From a virus (taxonomy: Duplodnaviria > Caudoviricetes), in IMG/VR virus record IMGVR_UViG_3300010163_003556, positions 3,687-67,686 of that record: a DNA stretch of 64,000 bases. One strand, written 5' to 3'. Under the pieces are notes generated by a model. The model did no database searches, was not told the origin of the DNA, and was given only the letters and a program-made list of their open reading frames with translations. This document shows, one piece after another, positions 45,259 through 55,608 of the stretch (the stretch's first letter is position 1; the number at the start of each line of letters is the position of its first letter). The translations under genes and the position numbers were made by a program.

Positions 45259-45549
45259 GTGTTGACGTTACAAGAAACAAAGGACTTTCTCCGCTTGGAC
45301 GGGGATGACGAAGATGCGCTCATATCCTCGCTAATCATCACGGCAAAGGAATTGACCGAAGAAGTGTTGCGGCGCAAGCTCACGGAGTTTGAGGAAGTCC
45401 CCGAACCCGTGCATCAGGCAATGCTCATCGTAACGGCAACCTTATACGAAGAACGGCAAGTGGCAAAGGACAAGTCGGGCGTGGACATCAAGGAAACGCT
45501 CGACCTTGTCCGCCGAATGCTGTTCGCTTACAGACGGGAGGCGTTTTGA
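45259..45549 (+). CDS. Head-tail connector (gp6-like)
   Basis: TLQETKDFLRLDGDDEDALISSLI...AMLIVTATLYEER. Confidence 0.85.
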   Translation: MLTLQETKDFLRLDGDDEDALISSLIITAKELTEEVLRRKLTEFEEVPEPVHQAMLIVTATLYEERQVAKDKSGVDIKETLDLVRRMLFAYRREAF

Positions 45550-45998
45550 TGGACATTGGAAGATTGAACCGAAGAGTGGAAATCTTGGAGTTCCGAAAGC
45601 ATCGTGATGAGTACGGCGGCGAAATAGGCGAATGGGTAACCGTGGCAAAAGCGTGGGCAACCATTGTCCCCGTAAGCGGAACGGAGCAGATGTTCGCACA
45701 GCAAGTCACAGCCGAAAAGGTTGTGAGAATAACCGTACGGTTCTGTGATTGGCTGACGGTCTTGCACCGCATCAAGTACGGGAACAAGCTCTACGAGATA
45801 GTCGGAGAGCTTGACAATGAAACTGCCCACAAAGCCACGATACTAAATGCGAAGGAGTTGGTGAGCGATGGGTTACAGCGCAAAGCAGAGGAAAGTCAAA
45901 ACGAGCATAGAGGGCGCAAGTGCGCTTGTCAAAGACCTCAAAGCAATGGAGGATGCGGCGGCAAGCGTGATGATGGAGGGAGCGAAAGCGGGTGGTAA
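45549..45998 (+). CDS. Head-closure / head-tail adaptor protein
   Basis: IGRLNRRVEI...WVTVAKAWA...RIKYGNKLYEI; 3' end overlaps the next gene. Confidence 0.8.
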   Translation: MDIGRLNRRVEILEFRKHRDEYGGEIGEWVTVAKAWATIVPVSGTEQMFAQQVTAEKVVRITVRFCDWLTVLHRIKYGNKLYEIVGELDNETAHKATILNAKELVSDGLQRKAEESQNEHRGRKCACQRPQSNGGCGGKRDDGGSESGW

Positions 45999-46269
45999 GA
46001 TTGCACTCGAAGACGCAAAAAGGAATTGCCCTGTCGATACGGGGGCATTAAAGCAGAGTCTGCATCTCACCGAGGGCAAGGCAACTGCAACGAAAGCGAC
46101 CGTGCAAGTGGACTATGATAAGTCGCTGAAATATGGGACGCACGTTGAACTTGGAGCAAGGGGCAGACCTGCAAATCCTTTTCTCCGAAATGCCGTTGAC
46201 AACAATCAAAATCAAATCAACGAGGCAATCGTGTCGGAGATATCAAGGGCAGTAGGGAGGAAGATATGA
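45868..46269 (+). CDS. HK97 gp10-like tail completion protein
   Basis: AKRNCPVDTGALKQS...HVELGARGRPANPFLRNA. Confidence 0.85.
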   Translation: MGYSAKQRKVKTSIEGASALVKDLKAMEDAAASVMMEGAKAGGKIALEDAKRNCPVDTGALKQSLHLTEGKATATKATVQVDYDKSLKYGTHVELGARGRPANPFLRNAVDNNQNQINEAIVSEISRAVGRKI

Positions 46270-46676
46270 AAGATATATGCCAAGCAGTATACGAGAAAAT
46301 GTGTTCGGATTACGGCATTTCATGTAGCGTTGGTTGTCGCATATATCCTATCGTATTGCCCGAAGATGCGCCGTTGCCCGCCATCGTTTATGCGCCCGTC
46401 CTAGCGAATTATGACTCCGCATTACAAGGCGACACAGGGTTCGTAAGGCAAACGATACAGTTCGTCTGCCACGATAAAACCTACAAAAAATCAAGGGAAC
46501 TCTCCCGAAAGGTAAAGCGATTATTTCAAGATTACCACGGGGATATGTGCGGACTAACGATACAAGCCGTGTTCATAAAGTCCGACTACGAATATAACGG
46601 GAACACGGCATTGAAATTCGATACGGACGAGTACATGTCAAGCATTGAATTTGAGTTTTTATTCAACGAAAAATAG
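46266..46676 (+). CDS. Tail terminator (DUF3168-like)
   Basis: RIYPIVLPEDAPLPAIVY; position between gp10 and the tail tube gene. Confidence 0.7.
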   Translation: MKDICQAVYEKMCSDYGISCSVGCRIYPIVLPEDAPLPAIVYAPVLANYDSALQGDTGFVRQTIQFVCHDKTYKKSRELSRKVKRLFQDYHGDMCGLTIQAVFIKSDYEYNGNTALKFDTDEYMSSIEFEFLFNEK

Positions 46677-46686
46677 GAGGCAAAAT

Positions 46687-47085
46687 ATGGCGGTAGCAGG
46701 AAAGAACGGAAAAGTCGTCATTGGTGAATCGGCAACCAAAAAGGTGGTCGGCATAAAGAATTGGTCGCTCGAACTGTCCTTGGATACGCTCGAAACCACC
46801 GCACTCGGTGACGATTGGAAGAACTATATAACGGGACTGAAAGAGTGGTCGGCATCGAGCGAGGGCGACTACGAAGTACCCGTGGACGCAGAAGGACAGC
46901 AAGCATTGCAAGATGCATTCCTCAATGGTACGACCGTAACGGTCAAGCTCTATGTGGATGGAACGAACTACTACAAGGGCGAGGCATACATAAACAGCCT
47001 GTCCATTGAAGACCCCGTGGATGACGTTGTGTCTATCAGCATCGAATTCACGGGAACGGGTGCGCTGACCTTTGAAACGGCTTAA
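46687..47085 (+). CDS. Major tail tube protein
   Basis: WSLELSLDTLETTALGDDWKNYITGLKEWSAS...VVSISIEFTGTGAL. Confidence 0.85.
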   Translation: MAVAGKNGKVVIGESATKKVVGIKNWSLELSLDTLETTALGDDWKNYITGLKEWSASSEGDYEVPVDAEGQQALQDAFLNGTTVTVKLYVDGTNYYKGEAYINSLSIEDPVDDVVSISIEFTGTGALTFETA

Positions 47086-47102
47086 AACGGAGGAAGTAAA
47101 AA

Positions 47103-47420
47103 ATGAAAAACGGCGTAACAATCAATCTCGACAAACCGAGAACACTTCGCTATGGGATGAATGCCTTGGCGAAAATCGAAGACATAACGGGCAAGTCAAT
47201 TCTCTCCCTTGACCTTAACAAGGTAGGAATCAAAGACCTGCTTGCAATCGTGTACGGCGGTCTTTATCACGAAGACAAGTCGTTGACTCCCGAAAAGGTT
47301 GGCGACTTAATTGACGAATACTCCAACCTTAACGAGATAGCGGAGAAAATCGGCGAGGCATTAACCGCAGCATTCGGAGAACCGAAAACGGAGAAGACCT
47401 CAACGCCGGGGGAAAAGTAA
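47103..47420 (+). CDS. Tail assembly chaperone (lambda G-like)
   Basis: Position between tail tube and tape measure; ends at slippery GGGGGAA. Confidence 0.75.
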   Translation: MKNGVTINLDKPRTLRYGMNALAKIEDITGKSILSLDLNKVGIKDLLAIVYGGLYHEDKSLTPEKVGDLIDEYSNLNEIAEKIGEALTAAFGEPKTEKTSTPGEK

Positions 47421-47734
47421 CCGCCGCTTTTGATTTATCGGCATTATGCGATCAAGCCGTGGTAGCGTGGGGTGTTGACCCACTCGTGGTAGGCGAATAC
47501 ACACCGTATGAGTTAACGCTGATAGCAAAGCAGAAAAGGAACGAGGAACAAACCGAGTTTGAAAATCTGCTGTGCCTAGCATGGCATACGGAGGCACTTG
47601 CACGACAGCGCAAGATGCCACGGCTTGAGAAACTGCTCAAAGAGGCAAGGAAGAAACCGAACCAAAAGGCAAGCAGTAAAAGCGATGCAATACTAAAAGC
47701 AATGGCGGCGGCAAAGGGCGTCATAATCAAATAA
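47408..47734 (+). CDS. Tail assembly chaperone -1 frameshift extension (GT-like)
   Basis: GGGGGAA at 47408-47414; the -1 frame is open from there (GKVTAAFDLSALCDQAVVAWG...) to 47734. Confidence 0.65.
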   Translation, partial: GGKVTAAFDLSALCDQAVVAWGVDPLVVGEYTPYELTLIAKQKRNEEQTEFENLLCLAWHTEALARQRKMPRLEKLLKEARKKPNQKASSKSDAILKAMAAAKGVIIK

Positions 47735-47747
47735 GGGAGGTGAGGAT

Positions 47748-50438
47748 ATGGCGGTTATTAGAAACCTAGTCGTGAAAATAGCGGCGGATATATCCTCGCT
47801 TTCGAAAGGACTACAGGACGCACAAAAGAAAATACAAAAGGTATCGGCTACTTTTACGAGAGCAGGCACAAAGCTCACAGCAAGCATAACAGCACCGCTG
47901 ATGGCACTAGGCACGGCGGCGGTTAATGTGTCGCAGCAGTTCGAGCAGTCGATGGCGAATGCGGCATCTGTCGCAGGCGCAACGGGAGATGATTTCGCAC
48001 GAATGACCGCTCTCGCCAGAGAGATGGGTTCAAAGACCGTGTTCTCGGCAAGCCAAGCGGCGGACGCACTCTACTATATGGCATCAGCAGGTTATAAGGT
48101 TGACCAAATGGCTGACTCCATACAGGCAACCCTTAACCTTGCATCAGCAACCCAGAGCGACCTTGCATTTACAACCGACACAGTAATCTCCACGCTGAAC
48201 CAGTTCGGCTTGGAGGCGAACCAAGCGGAAAGGGTAACCAACGTATTCGCAGCGGCAATCGGTAATTCAATGGCGAACATGGAGAAGCTCTCGAACTCGA
48301 TGAGCTATGTCGGACCAGTAGCGAACAGCTTGGGCTACTCGATAGAAGAAACCACGGGTGCGCTGTCTGTCCTTTATAACGCGGGCTATGACGGCTCGAC
48401 CGCAGGCACATCGCTCCGACAATCGCTCGTAGCACTTATGAATCCGACATCTGCCGCACTTGACGTGTTCAAGGAATTGGGTTTGACCTATGAAGAGGTG
48501 AACCCTGCGACAAACGACCTGGCAACAATTATTGACAGACTCGGTGCCGCAGGAATGGACACATCCCAAGCAATGAAGGTGTTCGGAGCGAGAGCAGGTC
48601 CCGGCATGCTTGCGCTGTTATCGGCGGGCGGCGATGCGGTCAGAGATATGACCGAATCCATCACGGGAACAAATAAAGCCACGGAAATGGCGGAAGTCCA
48701 ACTTGATACCTTACAGGGTCAAGTCAAGATTTTGAAGTCGGAGTTGGAAGAAATCGCCATATCGTTTGGCGACGTGTTAATTCCCATAATCAGACAGTTC
48801 ATCCAAAAGTACATCTCGCCCTTGACGGCGAAGCTGATGGGGCTGTCGATGGGAACGAAAAAGAACATCGTAACCATAGCATTATTGGCGGCGGCTATAG
48901 GACCGCTTTTATTAGTTGTCGGAAAACTCATAGGCAGTATCGGTACGATAATCAAGGTCGGCTCGTTGCTGTTTTCAAAGGTCGGCTTGATAATAGCGGC
49001 GATAGCCGCTGTTGCAGGCGTCGTTGTCTATCTGTGGAAGACGAACGAAGAGTTCCGAGATGCGGTAACAAAAATATGGGACAGGGTTAAATCCGTTGTC
49101 CTCAAAGCAGCCGACGCAATCAAGGCGTGGTGGGCGAAAAACGGCGAGAAAATAATCAGCGCAGTCGTTAAAGCATTAAAGGTACTTTGGAATGCGGTAA
49201 AAGCAAGGTTCAATCTCATTCTCAAAATAGCCAAAAAGGTATGGCCGTATGTCAAGATGATAGTCGTGGATACGGTAAAAGCCATAAAGCAGTTTTGGGA
49301 GAAGAACGGCAAAAAGATATGGAATACGGTGAAAACCATATTCACAAACATTTGGATGTGCGTAAAGAGCGCATTCAGCATTATAAAAGACTCGCTCAAC
49401 AAATTCTTTTCGTATGTCAAGCCGATTTGGGAAAAGCTGAAAACCTTGTTTGCCTCGCTGTGGGACACATTGGTACAGCTTTACGAAACGCTGAAACCCG
49501 TGTTCGACCTAATAGGCGGACTTGTTATGACCTTATGGGGAGTGGTGTCGAGCGTACTCGGAGCGATTATAGATGCACTCGGACCGTTCCTCGAAGCGGT
49601 AATCGACGTAGCGAACGCAATACTTGACATCATCAAAATCATTTGCGCTGTTCTCCGTGGGGATTGGTCGTCCGCTTGGGAGTATATGAAAGACTTCGCA
49701 GGCAACATATGGTCTGCAATCAAAAACATCTTCCTGGGCATTTGGGAGTTTATCAAAGGCTTTGGAGAAAACATCGTCTCGTTCTTCGGGAATTGCGGCG
49801 AAACAATCGGCAACCTTTTCAAAAGCGTTTGGGAAGGTGTAAGCGGTTTCTTTTCAAACATTTGGGAAGGAATCAAGTCCATGTGCGGATGGATATGGGA
49901 TACCCTAACGGGACTATTCAATAAGATAGGCGACTTTTTCAAAGACCTATTCAAAGATGCGTTTAATTGGGGCAAAAACCTTATTTCCAACATCGGCGAT
50001 GGTATCAAGAAAGGTTGGGATTGGGTAGTAGACGGAGTCAAGTCAGTAGGTCAATCCATAAAGGATTTTCTCGGATTCGGTTCACCGACCAAGAAAGGTC
50101 CGGGGCATACGGCAGACGAATGGATACCGAACCTAATGGACATGATGGCGAACGATATGTATGCCAACATCCCGATGATCCAAAGAGCCGCAATCGAAGT
50201 GGCAAGTACGCTTGGAATATCTACCTCGCCGAACCGAGCTATGGTCGGTATGGGCAGCAGTCCGAACGGCGACCTTATAAATGGGTTGCTACAAGGAATG
50301 GCGGCAATGAACGGAATGGACGGTACGGATGACAAGGAATTGATTTTGCAAATAGACGGACAAACTTTTGCACGGTTAATGCTCCCCAAGTTGTCGAGAG
50401 AATACAAGCGAAATGGTGTAAATTTACAGGAGGTGTGA
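47748..50438 (+). CDS. Tail tape measure protein (TP901 family)
   Basis: 896 aa; FEQSMANAASV, AREMGSKTVFSASQAA, AGTSLRQ; Trp/Phe-periodic amphipathic repeats. Confidence 0.92.
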   Translation: MAVIRNLVVKIAADISSLSKGLQDAQKKIQKVSATFTRAGTKLTASITAPLMALGTAAVNVSQQFEQSMANAASVAGATGDDFARMTALAREMGSKTVFSASQAADALYYMASAGYKVDQMADSIQATLNLASATQSDLAFTTDTVISTLNQFGLEANQAERVTNVFAAAIGNSMANMEKLSNSMSYVGPVANSLGYSIEETTGALSVLYNAGYDGSTAGTSLRQSLVALMNPTSAALDVFKELGLTYEEVNPATNDLATIIDRLGAAGMDTSQAMKVFGARAGPGMLALLSAGGDAVRDMTESITGTNKATEMAEVQLDTLQGQVKILKSELEEIAISFGDVLIPIIRQFIQKYISPLTAKLMGLSMGTKKNIVTIALLAAAIGPLLLVVGKLIGSIGTIIKVGSLLFSKVGLIIAAIAAVAGVVVYLWKTNEEFRDAVTKIWDRVKSVVLKAADAIKAWWAKNGEKIISAVVKALKVLWNAVKARFNLILKIAKKVWPYVKMIVVDTVKAIKQFWEKNGKKIWNTVKTIFTNIWMCVKSAFSIIKDSLNKFFSYVKPIWEKLKTLFASLWDTLVQLYETLKPVFDLIGGLVMTLWGVVSSVLGAIIDALGPFLEAVIDVANAILDIIKIICAVLRGDWSSAWEYMKDFAGNIWSAIKNIFLGIWEFIKGFGENIVSFFGNCGETIGNLFKSVWEGVSGFFSNIWEGIKSMCGWIWDTLTGLFNKIGDFFKDLFKDAFNWGKNLISNIGDGIKKGWDWVVDGVKSVGQSIKDFLGFGSPTKKGPGHTADEWIPNLMDMMANDMYANIPMIQRAAIEVASTLGISTSPNRAMVGMGSSPNGDLINGLLQGMAAMNGMDGTDDKELILQIDGQTFARLMLPKLSREYKRNGVNLQEV

Positions 50439-50439
50439 G

Positions 50440-50796
50440 ATGGACTTTTTCAAGATTAACGGAAAGAAAATCAAATCACCCACGGACATCACCATATCGC
50501 CAGAGATACTCGATAAAGCGGAGCGGACCGTGGATGGAACGATGGTCGTGGATGTCGTTGCAACCAAACGAAAAGTGGACGTGAGTTGGGAGTATCTATC
50601 GAAAGAGAATATGACCACACTCACGAAAACAATCGGCGGAGATAAGTTCGTAACCATATCCTTTCACGATAACGGAACGGGCAATCTAATAACGATGACT
50701 GCACGATCGGAGGGACTAACCTACCAACCGCACTATGATTGGGCAAAAGCGAAAATAATGTGGAAACAGGTGTCGGTTAGTTTTGTGGAGAAGTAG
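50440..50796 (+). CDS. Distal-tail-like protein
   Basis: Follows the tape measure gene; AERTVDGTMVVDVVATKRKVDVSWEYL. Confidence 0.65.
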   Translation: MDFFKINGKKIKSPTDITISPEILDKAERTVDGTMVVDVVATKRKVDVSWEYLSKENMTTLTKTIGGDKFVTISFHDNGTGNLITMTARSEGLTYQPHYDWAKAKIMWKQVSVSFVEK

Positions 50797-50799
50797 CCT

Positions 50800-52581
50800 A
50801 TGGAATACTCGGATAATCCCCGTAAGGTTTACGGGAAAGTGGAGATCGTCTATGCGGACGAGGAATTGAGCCGTGACATTAAGGTAGCGGTCAGCGGAAA
50901 CTCTAAAATAAGCCATCCCACCGAAGTATTCCATCTGCCAAGCGAACCGACAGTCAAAGCCTGCACAATGGACGGAAACTCTACGATGGACGGCACATTC
51001 CAAATGATGGGAGATGACTTAATCGTGGGGTGGTGGAGCGATAAGGGAGCAGACGGAAACGGTGTGTATGCGAATAAACCATACATAGAACTGACATTCG
51101 GTATGCGACCGATAATTTATTGGCGAATAATCGGCGATCAGAAGCTCAACCAATACCCCGTAGACTTTACACTATCGTACAAGAAAAATGGGACAATAGT
51201 GCAAACCGACACTATCAAGGGCAACACCAACGTCGAAATAGTAGTAGCACCTAAAGTTGAAGACATAACCTCGGTACGATTAACCATTGAAAAGTGGAGT
51301 CATCCGAATGCGGTCGCAAAAATATTGAGGTGCTTTGAAAGGGTGTATGAAACCTACGAGGGGGACGCATTGTTATCCTTTGAAGTCGGAGAAGAGCTGT
51401 GTTCATCGGAGGGGAATTACAACATAAACTCGGACTCAATGACTGTAAGCATTTACAACGAAAACCGTAAATTCGATAAAGGCTACTTGCGGACGCTAAT
51501 GCTGCTCGACCGAAAATTATTCCCATATATTGGGATAGAAAAAGAGGGCGAGATAGAGTACAAACCGCTCGGAGTGTTTTATTCGGACGAGTGGGATATA
51601 CCGCAGGACAGTCAATGGGTAAAATGCACCGCAACCGATAGGCTTATGCGTTTGCAGATAAAAACCTATGTCGGTTTCCCGTTAGTGGAAAACGTGTCGC
51701 TATACGAAATAGCCGAGGATATGATGACGAAGATGGGGTTGAGTTCGGTGGAGTATGTGATAACTGACAGACTGAAAGACTTCGTGGTGGGGATGGCGTT
51801 ATTGCCGAAGACCACGGGTTGGGATGCATTGCAGGAAATCGCCAACGCAGGGTTGTGCAAGGTTTACGTGGACAGGGAAAACCGAATCATTATCAAATGT
51901 GAAGATGACGTCCCAGAGCGCAGCTCGACCAAAATAAACCCCGGCAACATGTTCTCGTATAAGTCCAATATAACGCTGACAGACTTTTCAAATAGCGTGT
52001 CGGTTGACTACTGCGAGATAAGCATAAAGGAAGACATAATCGAAGTAGCTGAGCCAGAGATACGGCTAGGGGCAAAAGAAACGAAGACGATAACCATCGA
52101 TTATACATCGGAGGTAGCATATCCATTCGCCGAGAGCAATAACCCCTCGGTGCAGATTATATCCTTTGACAGCGGAGTCAACTCGTGCATTTGCACGATA
52201 CGGAATAATGCATCTGCGGAGCAAACGGCGATAATTACCGTGTCGGGAAATGCAATCGACATCAATACGCGGACGGTAACCGTAAGGGATGAAGAGAGCA
52301 TTCAGCAATACGGTATAGTCGAATATAAACATCCGACAAGCGAACTTGTTCAAAGCTATGAACATGCGGAATACATGGCAAATCTTCTGCTAGACCGAAT
52401 GCGCGCAGGACAAGGCACAATCACGGCTGTGTGGCGAGGTAACCCCGAACTCGAAGTAGGACGCACATACGAGAACATTGACCGTTTTGGGGACAAAGAA
52501 AGCCTTTTGTGCGAATACAATAAATTCACTTATGACGGGGGACTTAAAGAAGAAACTCGTGGCAGAAAGAAAGGGAGGTAA
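50800..52581 (+). CDS. Minor tail / baseplate hub protein
   Basis: 593 aa; position; C-terminal RDEESIQQYG...WRGNPELEVG hub-like pattern. Confidence 0.7.
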   Translation: MEYSDNPRKVYGKVEIVYADEELSRDIKVAVSGNSKISHPTEVFHLPSEPTVKACTMDGNSTMDGTFQMMGDDLIVGWWSDKGADGNGVYANKPYIELTFGMRPIIYWRIIGDQKLNQYPVDFTLSYKKNGTIVQTDTIKGNTNVEIVVAPKVEDITSVRLTIEKWSHPNAVAKILRCFERVYETYEGDALLSFEVGEELCSSEGNYNINSDSMTVSIYNENRKFDKGYLRTLMLLDRKLFPYIGIEKEGEIEYKPLGVFYSDEWDIPQDSQWVKCTATDRLMRLQIKTYVGFPLVENVSLYEIAEDMMTKMGLSSVEYVITDRLKDFVVGMALLPKTTGWDALQEIANAGLCKVYVDRENRIIIKCEDDVPERSSTKINPGNMFSYKSNITLTDFSNSVSVDYCEISIKEDIIEVAEPEIRLGAKETKTITIDYTSEVAYPFAESNNPSVQIISFDSGVNSCICTIRNNASAEQTAIITVSGNAIDINTRTVTVRDEESIQQYGIVEYKHPTSELVQSYEHAEYMANLLLDRMRAGQGTITAVWRGNPELEVGRTYENIDRFGDKESLLCEYNKFTYDGGLKEETRGRKKGR

Positions 52582-52583
52582 GT

Positions 52584-53843
52584 ATGGCAACGTGGAAAGA
52601 ACCGAAGAATGACTACAAAAAAGAAGACCAAGTCGTTCCCGAAATATTCAATACCCTTGCCGAAAACGAGCGGTATCTGCAAGAAAAAAAGATAACCACG
52701 GAGCAAGTGCAGGATGCGGAGATAAATAGTACGCAGACCGCAACCCGTGAGAGTTTGGGGGATAAGGAAACGGTGAAAGGTTTTTTTGGAAAGGTTAGGA
52801 AATGGCTTGCCGACCTAAAAGCATTGGCATTCAAGAAAACAGTTGGTACTGCTGACATAGATAATTCTGCAGTAACATCGACAAAAATTGCGGCTAAAGC
52901 TGTGACAGATGCGAAAATAGACTCTGTTTCTGCAAGCAAAGTTAAGGGGTTACATAAGGTCGCTACAAGTGGAAGTTACAACGATTTAATCGATAAACCG
53001 AGCGGTAATGGTTTGCAATTAACCAAGTATGAATACAGCCTTTCAACGAAATACCCCATTAATGAAGGCTTGTTTTTGTGCTATGTCAGGTGGCACAATC
53101 GAGGGAGCGTTTATGGGGTATCGGGCTGTGGCTTGCTATCGATTTCCAAGTGGGCGGAAGCAGGGTGCTATAGCGGTGTATCTGCCGTATATGAAAGCGA
53201 CAACATCAAGATACAAATTGAGTGTTCAATAAGGGACGATTCGATGAGGTTTTCGATGTACGAATCTAGAGATGGCGATGGCAACTATGCACCGAACGAT
53301 TCGGGGTTCTTTGACGGAGGCGCAGATGTCGTTCTTTACAAGCTAGGCGACACTTCGTGCGTAAGTAGAGAGCAAAATTTTGAAAGCGCACTAAAGACCT
53401 GGAAATACTTGGATGTTGATGCAGCATACGCTTACGGCAGTGAAAGTTCCAATAGTATAGAAGTGCCAGTTGCAGGGTTAAGAGCAGGCGAACCTGTTCG
53501 AGCCACGGCTATGTCTGTGAAAATAATGATAGATTATACCAAAGAAGCGTATTTTTATAACTCGCCAGACGGAAACGGGTTCTATGGGTTTACATACACA
53601 GGTAATGGAAATTGGTATAAACATCAAAGCGCAAGTGATGTGGGTTTAGCGGCGGCTGAATTGGAACTGTCAAGCGAACAGCCATATACAGCAGAGGTTG
53701 GATTGGTGGACTACACTACACCGAACCACTTAACTATCAAAATATCATGTAAACGAAATGGTTATTTGACCATAGAGTGGTCGGATCAAGCGGGATGTTA
53801 TATTGATATGATGCCACTCTATAAGTTTTATGTTTACAAGTAA
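52584..53843 (+). CDS. Tail fibre / receptor-binding protein
   Basis: N-terminal WKEPKNDY anchor, LAFK..VG.ADI...AVT..KI repeats and KVATSGSYNDLIDKP motif; variable AT-richer C-terminus. Confidence 0.75.
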   Translation: MATWKEPKNDYKKEDQVVPEIFNTLAENERYLQEKKITTEQVQDAEINSTQTATRESLGDKETVKGFFGKVRKWLADLKALAFKKTVGTADIDNSAVTSTKIAAKAVTDAKIDSVSASKVKGLHKVATSGSYNDLIDKPSGNGLQLTKYEYSLSTKYPINEGLFLCYVRWHNRGSVYGVSGCGLLSISKWAEAGCYSGVSAVYESDNIKIQIECSIRDDSMRFSMYESRDGDGNYAPNDSGFFDGGADVVLYKLGDTSCVSREQNFESALKTWKYLDVDAAYAYGSESSNSIEVPVAGLRAGEPVRATAMSVKIMIDYTKEAYFYNSPDGNGFYGFTYTGNGNWYKHQSASDVGLAAAELELSSEQPYTAEVGLVDYTTPNHLTIKISCKRNGYLTIEWSDQAGCYIDMMPLYKFYVYK

Positions 53844-54190
53844 TGGAGGCGGCGATGGAAAGGCTAATTTTGGTGAAGGGCGAGGCTCGTGGCTTCGCCT
53901 TTTTCAATGTTGTTATACCGTTAAATGACAATGAGTGCTACAAGATATCCGAGCGAGATAAGGTCATTTTTACGATTGGACGAAAGAACCGAAAACCCGT
54001 AATCGTCAAGGAATATCCGAAAGACTTCGTTATGGAAAGGGGTAATACTTTCATAATTCAACTGACAGCAGAAGAAACGGCAAGGCTGCCCTGCCTTCTT
54101 TATCAGGTACAACTAACGATTGATATCGAAGGGTTGGGCGAAGAAATATATACGCTTGTAAATCAAGAATTGGAGGTGGTGGCAAAGTGA
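53843..54190 (+). CDS. Hypothetical tail-module protein (BppU-like)
   Basis: Position; LTAEETARL...LYQVQL pattern. Confidence 0.55.
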   Translation: MEAAMERLILVKGEARGFAFFNVVIPLNDNECYKISERDKVIFTIGRKNRKPVIVKEYPKDFVMERGNTFIIQLTAEETARLPCLLYQVQLTIDIEGLGEEIYTLVNQELEVVAK

Positions 54191-54549
54191 GTGATTGCAA
54201 GGGATGCGAACATGAACACGAACATGAACACGGACATGGGTGCTGCGATGGTTGTGTTTCAGTAGAGGCATTGAGAACTATTTCCCAAAAATACCAAGGG
54301 ATAGAAAACGATGCGACAGAAACCGTGGTAAGGAATAAATCCCGAACCATTGAAGTAAAACTCAAACCGCAGCAGTATCCGAGCAAGTACGCTTTCCCGA
54401 ATCAAGGCAACCCGGCGGTGATTTATATCGACATTCACGATAACGAATCTTATCGTTGGGACGAAGAAACAGGGAGTTATATCTGCGTCGGAGCAGATTG
54501 GCATCAAATAAAAATTATAAATGGAGGAACAGCAAACTATGGCAAATGA
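54187..54549 (+). CDS. Hypothetical tail-module protein with His/Cys-rich N-terminus
   Basis: CKGCEHEHEHEHGHGCCDGC; FPNQGNPAVIYID...YRWD C-terminal motif. Confidence 0.65.
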   Translation: MSDCKGCEHEHEHEHGHGCCDGCVSVEALRTISQKYQGIENDATETVVRNKSRTIEVKLKPQQYPSKYAFPNQGNPAVIYIDIHDNESYRWDEETGSYICVGADWHQIKIINGGTANYGK

Positions 54550-55594
54550 AAGAATATTGGACAGCAAGATCCAATTACGGAACGACACGGCGGCGAATTG
54601 GAGAGCCGCAAACCCCGTCTTACTGAAAGGCGAAATCGGCATCGAGATTGATACGCGCAAGCTCAAAATCGGTGACGGCATCAGCGTGTGGACGGCACTC
54701 AAGTATGTGAGCGATGATATCATCATTGCAAACAGCAATCCTACAACGGCGGATACCGACCACGATGTCGGCGAATTGTGGGTGAATCAGTCCGACAAGG
54801 CTGTGTTCATCTTGATTGCTACGAGCGAATCGTCCGCTGTATGGAAGAGGCTTGTAAGTGCGGATGAAGTCGAAATCGTTGCGGAGGCGCAGGTGGCACA
54901 GAAACTTAAAACCGCAAGGGTAATCTCGCTGACGGGCGATGCAACGGGCGCAACCACCTTTGACGGCAGCGAGGATGCAGCCATCACCGTGGTGCTGAAA
55001 AACACGGGCGCAACCGAGGGTACTTTCACCAAGGTAACCGTTAACGAAAAGGGTCTCATTACGAAAACCGAATTGCTTACCCCCGAAGATATCCCCGCAT
55101 TAACGCTTGCCAAGATTACTGATGCAGGTACGGCGGCGGCAAGGAATGTCGGTACGGCGGAGGGTAATCTCGTGGAAGTAGGTGCAGACGGAAAAATCAA
55201 CGAAACGCTCTTGCCCAAGATTGCAATCACGGACACTCATGTGGTAGCAAACGAGGCGGAAATGCTTGCGCTTACCGCAGAAAAGGGTGACGTGGCAATT
55301 CGTACCGACATCAACCGTTCGTTTATTTTGAAGCAAGCACCTGCGGATAACTTGGCAAATTGGTTGGAAATCAAGTCGCCCGAATGCACGGTGTTCTCTG
55401 TTAACGGCAAGCAAGGCGACATCGTCCTTTCTACCACCGACATCGGTGAGGGGAGCAATCTCTACTACACCGATGAAAGGGACACGGCAAACTTCGAAAA
55501 GAACTTCGAGAAAAAGACTGCAGCCGATTTGTCGGGCGGTGAGGAAGTTCTCCTCGTATCGGACACCTTTGTAATCAACGGCGGTAATGCTTAA
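54539..55594 (+). CDS. Tail fibre protein with Mtd_N/hyaluronidase-N-like domain
   Basis: IQLRNDTAANWRAANPVLLKGEIGIEIDT.K.KIGDG, KLKTARVISLTGDATG and VFSVNGKQGDIVL repeats. Confidence 0.75.
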   Translation: MANERILDSKIQLRNDTAANWRAANPVLLKGEIGIEIDTRKLKIGDGISVWTALKYVSDDIIIANSNPTTADTDHDVGELWVNQSDKAVFILIATSESSAVWKRLVSADEVEIVAEAQVAQKLKTARVISLTGDATGATTFDGSEDAAITVVLKNTGATEGTFTKVTVNEKGLITKTELLTPEDIPALTLAKITDAGTAAARNVGTAEGNLVEVGADGKINETLLPKIAITDTHVVANEAEMLALTAEKGDVAIRTDINRSFILKQAPADNLANWLEIKSPECTVFSVNGKQGDIVLSTTDIGEGSNLYYTDERDTANFEKNFEKKTAADLSGGEEVLLVSDTFVINGGNA

Positions 55595-55608
55595 CGGAGG
55601 GGAACGAT

